NCBI GenBank assembly: GCA_041602695.1 | Contig: JBFIFS010000004.1 | Location: 4,240-68,239, forward strand | Reading direction: 5' to 3' | DNA: 64,000 nt | Source: Kiritimatiellia bacterium | GTDB taxonomy: Bacteria > Verrucomicrobiota > Kiritimatiellia > UBA8416 > JBFIFS01 | Part shown: piece by piece, positions 20,591 to 29,256 of the stretch | How the letters are laid out: each line of letters opens with the position of its first letter | Position numbering within the stretch: position 1 is the first letter of the stretch | Notes under the pieces: generated by a model | What the model was told of the DNA's origin: nothing | Seen by the model: the letters and a program-made list of their open reading frames with translations, nothing else | Database searches by the model: none | Made by a program: the position numbers and the translations under genes

Positions 20591-21183
20591 CAACCAGAAA
20601 AGCCCGAACAACCATAATCGCATGCCTCGGCTCGCTGATTTTGGCGATAGTTGGATGCGAAGAGTGGGCCGACCGCTCCAGGTATGACCCTCCGGAAGAC
20701 CACACGGTAAGCAAAAAGAAAGCCATGCACCTGCCCGGCTTGAACGACCCGGGCATCAACTGTATAGAATGCCATGGAACAGATTTGTCCGGGGGGACAA
20801 CTGGCGTCTCCTGCTTCGAATGCCACGGCCGCAAATGGACCGGAAGCGGAGCGGCGAGCGACATACACAACCTGGTCCGCGGCGGTGTTACTCACGGATC
20901 GGGCCTTTTTACCCCAAACGACGCCTGCAGCAGGTGTCATGGAGGGGACCTCCGCGGAGGGTCTGTAGGCGTTTCCTGCTACAAGTGCCACGGTGAGCTG
21001 TGGCTCCTGGGAAGCGTGGGCCATAATGTCAGCGAGGATGGCGTCATGCATGCCTCCGGGCTGAACAATCCCGCCGCCAACTGCTCAGCGTGTCACGGCA
21101 GCGACCTGCGCGGTGGTGTTGTCGGCGTTTCCTGCTACAAGTGCCACGATGCGGAATGGCAAGAAGAAGAAGACGACGACTAG
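20587..21183 (+). CDS. lipoprotein multihaem c-type cytochrome (6 CxxCH in three doubled-CXXCH modules)
   Basis: ATGA overlap with the upstream gene and lipobox IVGC. The module C..CHG.DL.GG...VSC..CH is repeated three times. Acidic tail QEEEDDD. Confidence 0.85.
   Translation: MTTRKARTTIIACLGSLILAIVGCEEWADRSRYDPPEDHTVSKKKAMHLPGLNDPGINCIECHGTDLSGGTTGVSCFECHGRKWTGSGAASDIHNLVRGGVTHGSGLFTPNDACSRCHGGDLRGGSVGVSCYKCHGELWLLGSVGHNVSEDGVMHASGLNNPAANCSACHGSDLRGGVVGVSCYKCHDAEWQEEEDDD
20968..21148 (+). repeat. 25-nt perfect direct repeat (GGCGTTTCCTGCTACAAGTGCCACG) 156 nt apart inside the cytochrome gene
   Basis: Identical 25-mers at 20968-20992 and 21124-21148, with ~80% similar flanks. The offset is 52 codons, which indicates an internal module duplication. 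Confidence 0.85.
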
Positions 21184-21232
21184 CAGGCAGCCAAACCGCG
21201 CAGAGCCCAGCCTCGCATGGATTCACAATGAC

Positions 21233-21261
21233 TTTACAATGGCGTCCCGGCTCTGATAATA
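21233..21261 (+). promoter_or_regulatory. candidate sigma-70 promoter for the DUF2723 operon
   Basis: TTTACA-N17-ATAATA, ending 18 nt upstream of ATG 21279. Confidence 0.4.
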
Positions 21262-21278
21262 TTAGATTCTAATTCCTT

Positions 21279-24200
21279 ATGTCAGAATCAGTTAAACAGA
21301 GTAACGAGCGGACGCCATTCTACAGCCGGGTAGACTGGGGTGCGTTTTGGACGGCAACGATCATAGCAATGATCGTGTACTGCTGGACACTGGCTCCGAC
21401 TGTATCCCTCGAAGACAGCGGAGAAATGGCTACGGCTTCAGCTAATCTCGGCGTCCCTCACCCGCCAGGATATCCGATTTGGACGATCATGACGTGGTAC
21501 TTCACAAAACTCTTTGCATTCGTTACGTTTCGCGGACAGCCGAACCCTTCATGGAGTGTCGGCCTGGCATCAGCTATTTTTGGCGCTTTTGCCGCTGGAT
21601 TCACATCCATCCTGATTTGCCGCTCTGGCCGCGACATGCTCAGGAGCATCAAACATACAACAGACAAGATAGGCACCAATACAGAAGATATCTTCTGCTG
21701 GGTCAGCGGGGTAGCATCAAGCCTGGTATTCGCTTTCAGCCCCGTAGTCTGGTCGCAGTCGGTCATCGTTGAGGCCTATTCGCTTAACGCCTTCTTCCTC
21801 ATGCTGATCATATTCCTTGCCTACACATGGATAAGGAGCGAGGAAACGGACCTGCCCTGGGTACACAGATCTATTTTTGGCATGGGGCTTCTCATAAGTG
21901 TAACTATGGCTGTCCTCGCCCTTTCGCTCGTCGTGAAGATGGATGCCGCGAACTTTATCCACGTCGGCAAGTATTACGTCATGTATACCGTGCTCGGGGC
22001 CGGGGTGCTGGTCCTTATGTGGATGATATGGCGGAAAAACAAGAACAGCCGCCTGCTCTACCTCGCGGCGTGCGTTTTCGGGCTCGGGCTTACCAACTAC
22101 CAGGTTCTCCTTCTGCTGGGCCTGACCATGGTAATCATAGTCATGGTGAAGGACATGCGGCTTCTGCGCGATTTCGTGATCGCGGGCGCCCCTTACCTTC
22201 TCATTTACGCTCTTATCAAGATGGAAGTCCTGCCGGGGATATCCCACCCGACCCACTCGTCTTTCTACGTCTACATGCTGCTTAATGCAGTCTGGCTAAC
22301 AGGGCTGTACTTCCTGCTGCCGAACGGCAAGACTGTTTCCGGCGCCTTCCTGTTCGCAATGATGGGCGTCGCAGTATACGCCTATATGCCGCTATCCTCC
22401 GAAACCAATCCTCCAATGAACTGGGGGTATCCAAGGACATTTGAGGGATTCCAGCACGCAATCTTCAGGGGACAGTACGAAAAGATCCAACCAACACCCA
22501 TCTTCTCATGGCGATTCGTAGAGCAGCTCGGCGCCTATCTGGCTGACCTCCGAGGCACCTTCACGCTGCCGATTGTTCTGATCGGCACGTTTCCTTTTGC
22601 CGCCTGGGGCCTTAGCGTCAAGGGCAAGCGCTTCCGCGCCCTGGACCTTGCTATTCCTCTGGCAGTCCTGGCGCTGGCCCTGATCATGGCGGAGGAAGTA
22701 CTGGCCGAGACCGGCGGGACCATTGCCGTTTTCTCATTCTCCTACCGCTTCATCGGTTTCCTCCTTGTGGTAATCACCATGATTGGCGGGGCCTCTATCC
22801 TGGTAGAACAGCTGCAGGATTTCTGGGCCCGGGTCGTGAACAAGGATTGCCCAATATCAGAACGCATCTTCTCTGCCCTGTTTCTCGTCGGAGTCGTGGG
22901 ACTCGGACTCCTGTGCGTCTTCAAGCTCGCTTGGAAAATCGGGGACGTTGTCGCGCCGCTCAAGGCCTCTGAGCAGTCTTTACCCGCTGACGAAATGCGG
23001 CTCATCATGTTCCAGTGCCTCGGACTGGTCGCGCTCATCCTGGGACCCCCGCTCATCTGCGCGCTTGTACTCATGCTTCGCAGCAGAGACACGCAGCTGT
23101 CACCGGACTATGACAGGCACAACCAGAGCTGGATGATCGTTACACTCAGCGGGTTCCTCGTAATGAGTGTTGTCCTCGTTGACCTTGCCAGTCCCAAGGG
23201 CGACATTCAGGATGCTTTCATTCAGCGCGTGAAATTCATTTCCTCGCACGCCCTGTTCGGCATCTGGATAGGTTACGGCCTGCTGCTTGGCCTGTCATAC
23301 GTCACAGCGTTTTTCAAAGGCAACAAGTTCATCAAATGGGCCGGCGCAGCGTCAGTCGCAGTGCTCATACCCGCGATCCCGCTCCTCCTGAACGCGTTCA
23401 ACCCGGAGCTTATAAAGGTATACGGCGGAGCAGAGCAGAACGGCCATGACTTTGGCTGGCAATTCGGCAATTACCAGTTGCGGGGAGCCGATGCCATCCT
23501 TGAAGAGCTGGATCCCGACGAGGAACCGATACCGGACCCCAGCTTCCCTCCGGAAATGGGCCCCCGTGCCGTCTTTTTCGGGGGCACGGATCCAGGTCGT
23601 TTTGTCCCGACATACATGATTTTCGGAGCAAAAGTGCGACCGGACGTGTTCCTCATCACCCAGAACGCCCTGGCTGACAATACCTACATGAGCGTTATGC
23701 GCGATCTCTATGGTGACGACATCTGGATCCCGTCCCAACAGGACAGCGCCAAGGCCTTCCACCGATATGTTGACGAAGTCAACAGGGGGGTCCGCCGCCG
23801 TAATGCTGACCTCAAGATAGAAGGCGGGCGCGTACAGGTAAGCGGTGCTCTAGGTGTGATGGAGATCAACGGAATCCTCGCCCAGATGATATTTGAGCAC
23901 AATAACTATAAGCACGATTTCTATGTCGAGGAGAGTTATGTCATCCACTGGATGTTCCCCTACCTCACCCCGCACGGCTTGATAATGAAGATCAACAGGG
24001 ACCAGCAGCCCGGGCTCATGAGAAATAACGTCAGGCAGGACACTGATTTCTGGGACTGGTACATCCGCCGCCTCACATCGGACAGCAAGTTCCTTCGCGA
24101 TATCGTCGCAAGAAAGTCCTTCTCAAAACTCAGGAGCGCGATTGCAGGTCTTTACGCCTTCCGTCGCGCCTATCCTCTTGCCGAAAACGCGTTCAAGCAG

Positions 24201-24944
24201 GCTGGAATCCTGTACCCTCTCAGCCCCGAGGCTAACTTCAGGCTTGTCCAGGAAGTCCTGGTCCCGCTGCGCCGCTACGATACAGCGATAAGCACCATGG
24301 AAGATTTCGCCAGCCAGGATCCCGGAAACAGGAAAGTACCCAACTTCATCGAGTTCCTGAAACAGCTGCAGAGGCTCGATGCGCAAATCATCCAGAAAGA
24401 GCAAGCGCTTCAGGCAGGCTCCAAGATGGAGGCAAACACTGCCCTGGACCTGGCCGACCTCTATCGCCAGGCGACCCAGACATCAAAGCTTGCGGGATTG
24501 GCCGACAACATCCTCGCCAATTCAAACCTGCCGCCGCAGATCTTCTTCAGGCTTGCCACCATATCTCAGCAGGCAGGACTCATACCCCACATGAACCGCT
24601 CACTGGCCGCCTTTGAAGCAACCGCATCCAACAACGTGCCGCCGGAGGCTTGGGTCCAGCTTGCCCGCATCTACGCCCAGACTAAACAGACTGGAAAGAT
24701 GCTTGGGGCCCTGGACCGATACCTTGCCATGCAGCCGACGGACTGGAGGGCATGGCTTGATCACGCCTCAATCTTGCTCGAGATGAAGCAGGAGGCCGCT
24801 GCGGCTGAATCCATCAACCGTGCACTCGCCGTGGGCGGACAGCCGGCATTGACGGCCGTCAGAGGCGACAAGAGATTCGCGCCCCTTCTGAAGCAGAAGC
24901 AGCAGAAAGCATCGAACCTTCTGAACCTTGGTCGCGGCCGCTGA
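21279..24944 (+). CDS. DUF2723/TMEM260-like GT-C glycosyltransferase with C-terminal TPR-like domain (1221 aa)
   Basis: First loop TLAPTVSLEDSGEMATASANLGVPHPPGYP is typical of DUF2723 GT-C proteins. About 20 hydrophobic segments. The C-terminal ~350 aa are helical-repeat (TPR-like). Confidence 0.8.
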   Translation: MSESVKQSNERTPFYSRVDWGAFWTATIIAMIVYCWTLAPTVSLEDSGEMATASANLGVPHPPGYPIWTIMTWYFTKLFAFVTFRGQPNPSWSVGLASAIFGAFAAGFTSILICRSGRDMLRSIKHTTDKIGTNTEDIFCWVSGVASSLVFAFSPVVWSQSVIVEAYSLNAFFLMLIIFLAYTWIRSEETDLPWVHRSIFGMGLLISVTMAVLALSLVVKMDAANFIHVGKYYVMYTVLGAGVLVLMWMIWRKNKNSRLLYLAACVFGLGLTNYQVLLLLGLTMVIIVMVKDMRLLRDFVIAGAPYLLIYALIKMEVLPGISHPTHSSFYVYMLLNAVWLTGLYFLLPNGKTVSGAFLFAMMGVAVYAYMPLSSETNPPMNWGYPRTFEGFQHAIFRGQYEKIQPTPIFSWRFVEQLGAYLADLRGTFTLPIVLIGTFPFAAWGLSVKGKRFRALDLAIPLAVLALALIMAEEVLAETGGTIAVFSFSYRFIGFLLVVITMIGGASILVEQLQDFWARVVNKDCPISERIFSALFLVGVVGLGLLCVFKLAWKIGDVVAPLKASEQSLPADEMRLIMFQCLGLVALILGPPLICALVLMLRSRDTQLSPDYDRHNQSWMIVTLSGFLVMSVVLVDLASPKGDIQDAFIQRVKFISSHALFGIWIGYGLLLGLSYVTAFFKGNKFIKWAGAASVAVLIPAIPLLLNAFNPELIKVYGGAEQNGHDFGWQFGNYQLRGADAILEELDPDEEPIPDPSFPPEMGPRAVFFGGTDPGRFVPTYMIFGAKVRPDVFLITQNALADNTYMSVMRDLYGDDIWIPSQQDSAKAFHRYVDEVNRGVRRRNADLKIEGGRVQVSGALGVMEINGILAQMIFEHNNYKHDFYVEESYVIHWMFPYLTPHGLIMKINRDQQPGLMRNNVRQDTDFWDWYIRRLTSDSKFLRDIVARKSFSKLRSAIAGLYAFRRAYPLAENAFKQAGILYPLSPEANFRLVQEVLVPLRRYDTAISTMEDFASQDPGNRKVPNFIEFLKQLQRLDAQIIQKEQALQAGSKMEANTALDLADLYRQATQTSKLAGLADNILANSNLPPQIFFRLATISQQAGLIPHMNRSLAAFEATASNNVPPEAWVQLARIYAQTKQTGKMLGALDRYLAMQPTDWRAWLDHASILLEMKQEAAAAESINRALAVGGQPALTAVRGDKRFAPLLKQKQQKASNLLNLGRGR

Positions 24945-25375
24945 TGACGGACTCGTTCGAAACCCCGCCGTCATCGTTTGAGAATCCAGCAGCCCAGGCT
25001 TTAACGCCTTCACCACCCCCCCAGCCGATAAAGCGCCAGGATACATGTGACCTTGCAATTGTATCTATGGTCATCTCTCTGATAGGCGCCCTCTACGGCC
25101 TCTTCTGCATTGGATTCCCTTTCGCCGTTGCCGGCATAGTCTGCGGCCATATCGCAAGGTCGAAGATCCGAAAGGAATCCCTGAAGGGCGACGGATTCGC
25201 CCTTACGGGACTGATTGTCGGCTATATTGTCGTGCTGCTCTCTATCCTTGCAGGCGCACTTCTCGCTCTGACCATTGTGGCCTCTGCGGCAAATTCCGCA
25301 TATGAGGTGCCAGTTACGCTGGACGATGTGGAGGGAGTCGGCGAACTCCCGCTGCACTCTGAGGTAATCGAGTGA
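24944..25375 (+). CDS. small membrane protein, DUF4190-like, with Pro-rich N-terminus
   Basis: TGATG stop/start overlap with the upstream gene. Two or three TM segments with a G/I/V-rich pattern (ISLIGALYGLFCIGFPFAVAGIVCGHIA). Confidence 0.6.
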   Translation: MTDSFETPPSSFENPAAQALTPSPPPQPIKRQDTCDLAIVSMVISLIGALYGLFCIGFPFAVAGIVCGHIARSKIRKESLKGDGFALTGLIVGYIVVLLSILAGALLALTIVASAANSAYEVPVTLDDVEGVGELPLHSEVIE

Positions 25376-26715
25376 GGCGTCTCGCGCTTTGCCTTCTTCT
25401 ATCTCAAGCCATAAGCGCATTTGCAGGGACCAACGCGCTGGCCCCTTTCCCGAACTTCATCGACATTCTGATCCTGAGCGAGCAGGACGGAATAAACATA
25501 TATCTGGAAGGCGGCAGGAAGGACTCCATTCCCGCCCTCCAGGCCTCTATCGATGACCTGCCCATGCAGAAGAGACGGGAAGGCGCCTTGCTGAGGTTTG
25601 ATCCGGAAAGGGTCCCCCTCAATTTTGCGGTCGAGACTGCTGAGAGCATTTACCGCTGCGCAGTCCCCGTAATATACCTCTTCGACTCTACAGGACAGTA
25701 CAGCAGCCAGGAGATTACGGAAAACCCTTACCTGTTCGGGCTCAGCCGAATGCCCAAATACAACAAGTTCCTGCGCGTGCTCGACATCGGCTCTTTCCTC
25801 CTCCTCCCTGCACCGGAGCAGCAACCCCGCCATACGCCGGTCCCGTCCCGGGCAGGCCCCATAACCGGGTCCCTGCTGGTGGCCGTCCTGGCCATGGGGT
25901 TTTATGCCGCCGGGCTGCACATCTCCCGGCTGAGAAGGCCCTGGTGGATTGCAGGCTATGTGATACCTATCGCCCTAACGGCAATCATCGCTGTCGCGCG
26001 ATGGGTACCCACCCTTGAGATGCGTATGCCCTTCCGCCTGCTCATGTCTGAACGTAGGGAGTACATCATCATGTCCATCGCTACGGCTCTGCTGCTTTCC
26101 ATTCCGGCGGCAAGGGTCGGACGCCGCGTTACGGCGGTTCTCGTTACGGCCTTCGCCGCTCTTTTCGTAATACATTTTTCCCTGCTGCCTTACCTGCTTC
26201 CCGCGTTCAACCGGGCCGAGCTGCGCTCCCTAAAGACTCACTTCGACAACTACGGCGTCTGCCTCCAGAGCACTGGATACACGTGCGGCCCCGCTGCGGC
26301 AGTGTCAGCACTCCGCGAGTTTGACATAGCGGCTGAAGAGGGCGTGCTGGCCGTGTTCTCCTATTCCACTTCTTCAGCCGGCACTCCCCCGGAACTGCTC
26401 TGCAGGGCAATGATGAAGCTTTACAAGAAAGATGGCATAGAGTGCGAGTTCAGGGCATTCGATCGCGCCGCCGACCTGAAAGAAGTTCTTCCCGTGCTCG
26501 CAGTGGTCAAGTTCGGGTTTCTCGTGGACCATTATGTAACGGTGCTAAGGGTCACGGACGACTACATCACCGTTGCCGATCCGGCCCAGGGGATGAGGGT
26601 CCTTTCAGTGGAAGAATTTGAGTCGAACTGGCGGAGGCAGGGAATAACTGTTCGCCGCCGGGCCGACTCAACGGAGCACGGCGGCGAATCCGCCTCTATC
26701 AAGCCGGCTGCCTAG
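25372..26715 (+). CDS. membrane protein with C-terminal C39-type papain-like cysteine peptidase domain
   Basis: GTGA start/stop overlap. Signal/anchor, ~140 aa extracytoplasmic region and ~4 TM segments. These are followed by LQSTGYTCGPAA...DHYVTVL...ADPAQG, the Gln/Cys/His/Asp layout of C39 peptidases. Confidence 0.7.
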   Translation: MRRLALCLLLSQAISAFAGTNALAPFPNFIDILILSEQDGINIYLEGGRKDSIPALQASIDDLPMQKRREGALLRFDPERVPLNFAVETAESIYRCAVPVIYLFDSTGQYSSQEITENPYLFGLSRMPKYNKFLRVLDIGSFLLLPAPEQQPRHTPVPSRAGPITGSLLVAVLAMGFYAAGLHISRLRRPWWIAGYVIPIALTAIIAVARWVPTLEMRMPFRLLMSERREYIIMSIATALLLSIPAARVGRRVTAVLVTAFAALFVIHFSLLPYLLPAFNRAELRSLKTHFDNYGVCLQSTGYTCGPAAAVSALREFDIAAEEGVLAVFSYSTSSAGTPPELLCRAMMKLYKKDGIECEFRAFDRAADLKEVLPVLAVVKFGFLVDHYVTVLRVTDDYITVADPAQGMRVLSVEEFESNWRRQGITVRRRADSTEHGGESASIKPAA

Positions 26716-27899
26716 CCTGCCTGCTTGCGGTAGCGCGACATCAGCCGAATGATTTCCTCCCTCACCTCCAGCATCCGCCGCCGAAAATACGAGAGGCGGT
26801 TCCGCTCGAGCAGGCCCTTGCGCAGCACGTTGTCAGCGCTCACAAGAGAGCGATTGATATAAGGCAGCGATCTCTTCAGGCAAGCCACAACGAAGCCACC
26901 ATCGGTTTCCACGTCATAAGCCAGGCCGTCAAGCGCGCCCGCCAGCTTTGCCGTCAGCGTCTGCACCTGAAAAATCATGTCCCGGATGTCCTGATCGGCA
27001 TCATCGGCAAGGTTTCCCGTGGTCTTGCAATAGGACCACAGCTCCATAGCTATACTGAAGGAGCGATTCGTCAGAGGATGCGTAATGCGCCCGTTATTTC
27101 CTCTGATCCAGTCGACTCCCTCGCTCAACGGATTCGGTTCGAGATCGAAATCATCGTCATCAACGTCCTCCATTATCTCGCTCTCGATTTCACAGGTGCC
27201 GGACCCGTCGCCGGAATCATTTCTGTCCGAATCAAGAAGCCAGGTCCACCCCATCTCTCTGGCAATCAGCTTGTCGCAGTTGGGATGGTCCAGGTATTTC
27301 TCCAGAACCCTGGAGAATCGGTCCGTGAGCGCATCGGACTCCCTCAGGCTTTTCTCCCACTCAAACTCATTGAGTCGACGAGGCTCTGAATCCTCCATAT
27401 CATAGTCGCGCATTTCCTGCTCCCAGCGCGCAAGGTTCCCTGCCACTTCACGGATCTGCACGTCTTCTTCCTCCGTCGTCATGTACCAGGCGCTTTCAAC
27501 AACATCGACTTTGAAGTCAGGCCCCTCAACCAGGACCCGTCCGTTAACATCGCTGAACCACTCCAGGTAAAGACAGTTCCCGGTCCTGCCAGCTTCGCCC
27601 TTGGCGCGGGATGAGTCCAGAAAGCGTATCTTGCGTGACGCGGTCATCTCTCCCGATGTACCCGTCTGCAGGCAGGCCAAATCAACATCGTCACCGTCCA
27701 CTGGAGCATCGTTGGCAAACTCTATCCGGCAGCCAGCTATGTCCCTCATGCAGTTTCCGCGCAAATCCAGTTCCAGCGGCTCCTCGCGGCCTTTGAGCCA
27801 AATCCTTCCAGTGATCCTCTTCCGAACAGTGTTATCGATCTCACCCCTCACAACACTGCGACCCAGCGGCCAGGTCACGTCCCGATCATCCATATCCAT
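26712..27899 (-). CDS. acidic hypothetical protein (395 aa)
   Basis: ATG at 27899 behind a GGAAGGAA RBS. Highly acidic central linker (EDVDDDDFDLE). No family recognised. Its stop overlaps the convergent gene's stop (CTAG). Confidence 0.6.
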   Translation of the reverse strand: MDMDDRDVTWPLGRSVVRGEIDNTVRKRITGRIWLKGREEPLELDLRGNCMRDIAGCRIEFANDAPVDGDDVDLACLQTGTSGEMTASRKIRFLDSSRAKGEAGRTGNCLYLEWFSDVNGRVLVEGPDFKVDVVESAWYMTTEEEDVQIREVAGNLARWEQEMRDYDMEDSEPRRLNEFEWEKSLRESDALTDRFSRVLEKYLDHPNCDKLIAREMGWTWLLDSDRNDSGDGSGTCEIESEIMEDVDDDDFDLEPNPLSEGVDWIRGNNGRITHPLTNRSFSIAMELWSYCKTTGNLADDADQDIRDMIFQVQTLTAKLAGALDGLAYDVETDGGFVVACLKRSLPYINRSLVSADNVLRKGLLERNRLSYFRRRMLEVREEIIRLMSRYRKQAG

Positions 27900-28103
27900 C
27901 AATCATTCCTTCCCTAAACCATGTTCCCTGATTTCAACCTTATAGCAACTGTCCGCTCGATAGCAAGCTGAGGTTAACAGGAGTGACATATCACCTGTCT
28001 CACAATGCACTGCGCGACAATATTTGTTCGCATTTCATTGGAAATAACGGGACACAAAATATCAATACTCGCAATATTTAAGCAAATTATGGCATATTCG
28101 AAG

Positions 28104-28119
28104 TGGCACAAGCTATGCT
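28104..28119 (+). promoter_or_regulatory. candidate sigma-54 (-24/-12) promoter
   Basis: TGGCACAAGCTATGCT has GG-N10-GC spacing. It lies 31 nt upstream of ATG 28150, in an AT-rich 250-nt intergenic region. Confidence 0.45.
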
Positions 28120-28149
28120 CCGTAAAACATGTAAAGTAGAGAGGGGGGA

Positions 28150-28617
28150 ATGATGAATACAGCTTTCTTCAAGTGGTTGCTTGAGACGGTACAGCGGTTG
28201 CTCATAATTGCAGTGCTTGCAGGAGTTGCCTTTTATCTCTTTTCCGGGCGAAGGCTGCCCTTCGTAGCTGACGACTCAGGGAGGCCGTCCTCCTCAAGCT
28301 TCTTCTCGGAGTCCAGCCTAGTGGACAAGATATCTCAACTGGAGGTGTCAGGCTCTTCCTTCATGGCCCGCACAGAAGCGAAGAGACTGATCAAGGACGG
28401 CTTGACCAGCGTGGAATTTCATGCAAGCCCGTCCCCCACCCTGGTGATCAGGATCAGGTGCGGCGTTTACAAGGGCCATGAGAACACCTGGAATGAGGTC
28501 CTGGACCACTACGCGAGATACTACTGCAACAAGGAAAACATACCCGCCATAGACGCCAGCCTAATAAACTGCGAGCAGCGCGTGCTTACCGGCGGCCGCT
28601 ACGGCTTTGAGGACTAA
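28150..28617 (+). CDS. small membrane-anchored hypothetical protein (155 aa)
   Basis: RBS GAGAGGGGGG, one N-terminal TM (LLIIAVLAGVAFYLF) and a Ser-rich linker. No family recognised. Confidence 0.6.
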   Translation: MMNTAFFKWLLETVQRLLIIAVLAGVAFYLFSGRRLPFVADDSGRPSSSSFFSESSLVDKISQLEVSGSSFMARTEAKRLIKDGLTSVEFHASPSPTLVIRIRCGVYKGHENTWNEVLDHYARYYCNKENIPAIDASLINCEQRVLTGGRYGFED

Positions 28618-28623
28618 AAAACA

Positions 28624-28654
28624 CCCTACAAACCATGTAGGGGAATACCCTACA
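28624..28654 (+). repeat. CCCTACA / TGTAGGG / CCCTACA triple 7-mer (two mutually exclusive hairpins)
   Basis: CCCTACA(28624-30)-AACCA-TGTAGGG(28636-42)-GAATA-CCCTACA(28648-54), beginning 7 nt after the stop codon at 28615-17. Confidence 0.7.
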
Positions 28655-28847
28655 GAAATAGTACGGGTTTTATCTTGTTCTGAAAAGTACCCAGGATTAA
28701 CCTCGATACGAGTGCGCATCTGAGCGAGTTGCGTGAACGGGATTTGTCACCGCGTGTGTTACCGATGACGGTCGAGGGCCTGTCGGAGAGGGAAAAGGCC
28801 CCACAAAACTCGAAGCAGACCGCATGCGATGAAAGGAAGGCGAAGAA

Positions 28848-29132
28848 ATGGGTACTAGGCTCTATGTGGGTAATCTGTCGTTCAACACCTCAGAGGGCTC
28901 CCTGGCAGATCACTTCGGTCAGCACGGGGATGTAGTAAGCTGCAACATCATAACCGACAAGTTCTCTGGCAGGTCCAGAGGTTTCGGTTTCGTAGAAGTA
29001 GGATCGGAGGATGCCGCTGAGGCTGCCATCTCGGCCCTCAACGGAACAGAGTTCGACGGACGAAAAATTGTCGTTAATGAAGCCCACCCGCGCGAGGAGC
29101 GCGGAGGCGGACGCCGCAACTTCGGCCGGTAA
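28848..29132 (+). CDS. RRM-type RNA-binding protein with Gly/Arg tail
   Basis: RNP2 LYVGNL, RNP1 RGFGFVEV and a C-terminal RGGGRRNFGR tail. Confidence 0.9.
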   Translation: MGTRLYVGNLSFNTSEGSLADHFGQHGDVVSCNIITDKFSGRSRGFGFVEVGSEDAAEAAISALNGTEFDGRKIVVNEAHPREERGGGRRNFGR

Positions 29133-29161
29133 GCAACGGTACAAATTAAGGGATCTATTTA

Positions 29162-29208
29162 AGCCCTGGGGATCTTTGTTGATCCCCGGGGCTATCTATT
29201 TGCATTTT
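29162..29208 (+). terminator. rho-independent terminator after the RRM gene
   Basis: 13-bp stem AGCCCTGGGGATC/GATCCCCGGGGCT (one G-U pair), loop TTTGTT, followed by T-rich ATCTATTTGCATTTT. Confidence 0.65.
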
Positions 29209-29256
29209 CGGGCGCCCGTTGGCATATTCACTTCAAAAGAAAACGGGAGAATTGCA

